From Mobula birostris (Eukaryota), in contig NC_092379.1 in NCBI RefSeq assembly GCF_030028105.1, positions 18,370,742 through 18,434,741 of the forward strand: 64,000 nucleotides of DNA, written 5' to 3'. The stretch's first letter is position 1. Every line of letters begins with the position of its first letter. The notes under the pieces were generated by a model. The model was not told where the DNA came from and searched no databases. It saw only the letters and a list, made by a program, of their open reading frames with translations. Shown here piece after piece: positions 60,886 to 64,000 of the stretch. Both the position numbers and the translations under genes were made by a program.

Positions 60886-61028
60886 CTTGACAACGGTGAC
60901 GAAGGTGCTGTAGAGGAAACTGATGATGAACAGAACGGCAAAGGCAGCAACTGTAAGCACATTGTCATCTCCACCCACGTGTCCCTGTTCTTCCTTCCCC
61001 TCCTCTCCTGTCATGTCTGTGCAGGTTT
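60886..61028 (-). CDS. Immunoglobulin heavy-chain-type transmembrane exon TM1, intact (isotype uncertain; IgW-like by inference)
   Basis: ctcactttctcaattctttcag|AA gives (x)TCTDMTGEEGKEEQGHVGGDDNVLTVAAFAVLFIISFLYSTFVTVVK, then |gtaact. Phase 1 in, phase 0 out, acidic spacer, CART motif F..LF..S..YS..VT..K, and no charged TM residue, unlike a TCR chain. Confidence 0.85.
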
Positions 61029-62959
61029 CTGAAAGAATTGAGAAAGTGAGATAGTTGATGTTTCCTGAAGATCAACAACATCCTAATCACATGAAGACAA
61101 CAGGAAGACAGGAAAACAGGAGGCCTGAGTCAGTTCCAACATTCAATGACATTGTAGTTGATCTTTGACCAAATGCATTGACCTGACTTTTGCCCAGATC
61201 CATTATTCCCAGTGATTATCCAAGCCATTAAATCTCATGTTTAAAATGACCTTCAGACCTGACACTGTGGAAGACTGTTCTGAACTTCCATGAACCTCTT
61301 CAAGTTGAATGTCTGTTTTTCTTTGCATTTCCGGCACTGTTTTTTTCTCTTCATTGTCTTGCATGATTTATGTAAAATTAGGATGTAGTGTGTTGTCTGA
61401 AGCTACATGCCTGTGATGCTGCAAGCAAGTTTCTGATTTTACCTGCCCCTCAAGGTAATTGTGCACATGACAATAAACTCGACTTAACTTGTTTCCTTAC
61501 AGCATGTCATTTGTAACTTGGGAGCCCCTAGACAGAACTCAATGAACTAGTTTTTCCTCATCGACTATGTTCACTCCACCGAAAATATTGACCAGATCTT
61601 CATTACAAATGCTACACTCTCATTTAACATTATCCCAACTTGTAATTTGCACTGGGGAGTGCATGTTTGTTCATCACTCTCTTCAAGACAGTTTGTCCTT
61701 TCCTGGATGTGGTCCCAAAACCTTGAATTGGTTCTTGCCTATTCATTTCATCGATTATCATCTCTGCAGTTAAAACACTACAGATTGCTGATAGATTTGT
61801 CAGCCTTGTGTGAGTGGCAAAGTTGTCACGTGGGTATCTGCCCAATATCAGCGCCGACTGCCTGTCTTTTGATCGCTGCTGGAGATGGATTCTGTGAGCG
61901 GCCTATTGCTGTGTGTCTCGCTGTGACAGGCGGGTCAGCCTCTCTGCCTCGTGTGGTGTTCCTCTCCTCTCTTTCAATGCATGTCGGTGATATCGGAGAT
62001 GGTATTGTGGATCTGTGTTTATGGATTGGACTGTTGTGTTTATGGACTGTGGACATTTTCAGACCTATCATTTTATATTCTGTGTTTTTTTTTTCGCCCG
62101 TTCCTTTTCGGTTTTGTTGTGTGAGGTGAGGGTGTTTGGGGGTTGGTGTTCTGTTAGTTTTTTGTGTGGACGAGGGGTTGCCTTTTGGGGTTTGCTGTTT
62201 CTGTTCCATTTTGTGTGGGGGAGGGTGTTTTTGGGGGGGTTTGATGATCGGGTGTTGTTCTTATTTATATGGGGGGTGGGTTTGCTGTTTCTCTGTGAAC
62301 GATTTTCATATACTTTCTTTGTTTTCGTGGCTACCTGGAGAATCAAATTTCAGAGTCGTATATGGATATAGTATATTGATAATAAAAGAACCTTTGAATC
62401 TTTGATCTAGTGAATAGTGTCAGCACTGAACACATGCTGCAGGTCACAGGGCATCACTGTCTACATATTGTCCCTTCTTTCTGTAACTCTCCACTTTCTG
62501 AATGAGTTCACTAATTGTCTTCACAAAGTTGATGAAATACCTTTCCCTGTCAATTAACCTTAGAAACTGTGGACCAATCCGGAATGTTCTATCATTTGCA
62601 CAGTGGAAACTATAGTACACATTGACCAAAATCTACTTGAATGTCTGTCTGTCTGTCTATACAATGAAGCACAGAACCAACCAGGCAACACTTCCAGCCC
62701 CTCAGGTTTAAGTCACACAAATGTATCCCAAAACATACCGGCACGGAACACTGGCAGCCGAATGCTTTCCATACCTTCTTTATTGAACTTTGATTACACA
62801 AACACAGGCTGACATTCAACCTGTCAAGTAGTCTACACAAGTTTCCAACACCATCAGACCTGACACAAGGAAGTTTTAACAAGAACTGCAGGATCTCAGA
62901 AATGTTAGTAATTTATTTTGATGCATTTAATCATGAAATATATATTTCCATTTTGAGCT

Positions 62960-63160
62960 AATGAGAAGGACTTGCAGGTAATCTTGCTTGTTTCAGTGAG
63001 GTAAACCACACTGTTGTAGGATCAACAATCAATTGAAGGTTGACAATTGGTGTTGTTGGCCACTCTGTCCATGGGAATCTCTGCTGCAGAGAACCCAGTG
63101 ACCCAACTTCTTTCCTTCTCATCTGGTGGGGAAGGGTAACTTCAGAGGGTTCCTATTGGG
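62960..63160 (-). pseudogene. Decayed Ig constant-domain exon (terminal CH-like)
   Basis: PSEVTL/PPDEKERS..VTGFSAAEI (63102-63076) resembles CH PSVYLLPP...CLVTGFSPADV. The Cys and Trp are lost, with a stop and a frameshift. Confidence 0.45.
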
Positions 63161-63349
63161 AATGGATTTTTTAATCATTTGTTGTTCACCTGGAATATTC
63201 TGCTCTTACTCCATCCAAGCCAATGTTTATACCACTAGCGATCTCACCGCATCTAAAATGTTAAGGCTTTTTACTTTTGGAAATGAAAGATAAATTGTGG
63301 AAAGTGTTCAGTGGGTTAGAAAACACTTGTGAACAGAGAAAGGGATAAC

Positions 63350-63568
63350 ATTGAGGTAGCATCACAAGTGTACTCTGTACCATTGCTTCAGCACTAGTTC
63401 TGTGCCTGGCTGAGTACTGTGCATCTCTCTGGTTGACTGGAACTCAACAACTGTCTGATGTCCAGTTACATTCCACAATGCCTGCTCCAGTGGAACTCAG
63501 TTCCTCCAGTTCTGCTGACAGATAGACTTGCTTCATGTCTCTGAGACGTTGGTGTGGAAACATTGACC
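63350..63568 (-). pseudogene. Decayed Ig constant-domain exon
   Basis: The phase-1 acceptor ctgcag| gives QVYLSAELEELSSTGAGIVEC (A/B strands), then QYSAR, and after a frameshift *SNGTEYTC (F strand, W-x-x-G-x-x-Y-x-C with TGG to TGA). Confidence 0.45.
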
Positions 63569-64000
63569 CTGCAGTCATTATTTCATCATTCCCTCACTGA
63601 CAAGGCCGGCATTCCTTGCTGTGCTCCAGCAGGTCCGTCACAGAGCAGTGAAGAGTTTGGTGTGGGACTGATGGATACGGGTAAACAGGGTAGGAAGGCC
63701 AGTGTCCTTCACCAAAGAACATCAGAGAAATAGTTTGTAATCTAAAACTAGAATCCGGCACAGTCACCTCCGGTTATGTGTTCACGCCATTGTCCTGAGG
63801 CTTGGGAACAGACTGTAGGTCAATGATCCTCGTGCTAGTACTGAGGGAGTGCTGCACTCTTGCACATCTGTCTGAGATGTGACAGAGGGGTCCAGATGGG
63901 TATTTACTGTTGGACAGACAGACCTTGTGTTGGTAGTTTAGAAGAGAGTTAAGTTTTGAAAGCATCGGATGAACTCTGCTTCTTTCCCACTCTCTGCCTC

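Noticed and set aside
63774-63965. ORF containing CARVQHSL as a further CH exon
   Set aside because: Only a loose C-x-V-x-H resemblance; no B-strand Cys/Trp pattern or splice sites could be placed.
20100-64000. V(D)J recombination signal sequences or V/J segments
   Set aside because: Several CACAGTG/CACTGTG heptamers occur, but none that I checked has a nonamer at 12- or 23-bp spacing. No V-domain ORF was seen.

Overview
Eukaryotic, repeat-rich vertebrate DNA. The CR1, L2, Penelope and V-SINE repeats suggest a cartilaginous fish, probably a ray (inference). Two intact genes lie tail-to-tail in the first 20 kb: CCNB1IP1/HEI10 (+ strand, 3 exons, 275 aa, 282-8645) and TTC5/STRAP (- strand, 10 exons, 442 aa, 19693-9974). 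I reconstructed both exon by exon with GT-AG junctions and consistent phases. Between their 3' ends is a ~42-bp hairpin minisatellite carrying 12 AATAAA signals on the TTC5 strand. The remaining 44 kb is mostly transposable elements: a CR1 host with three nested LINE insertions, an RT-deleted L1 with both ends, solo LTRs, SINEs and MITEs. Penelope termini with hammerhead-ribozyme motifs occur across the window, and a Helitron sits in TTC5 intron 3. Hidden among the repeats and missed by the ORF track is an intact immunoglobulin heavy-chain-type transmembrane exon (- strand, 61028-60886), with a candidate TM2/poly(A) exon and decayed CH-like exons upstream. A second, decayed TM exon copy lies 28 kb away (33011-32851), next to an LTR-split Ig-like pseudo-exon. 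An IgH-like cluster therefore appears to sit beside TTC5/CCNB1IP1, whose human orthologues flank the 14q11.2 TCR alpha/delta region. All alignments were done by eye from remembered sequences; no database searches were run, and TE boundaries are approximate unless termini or TSDs are quoted.
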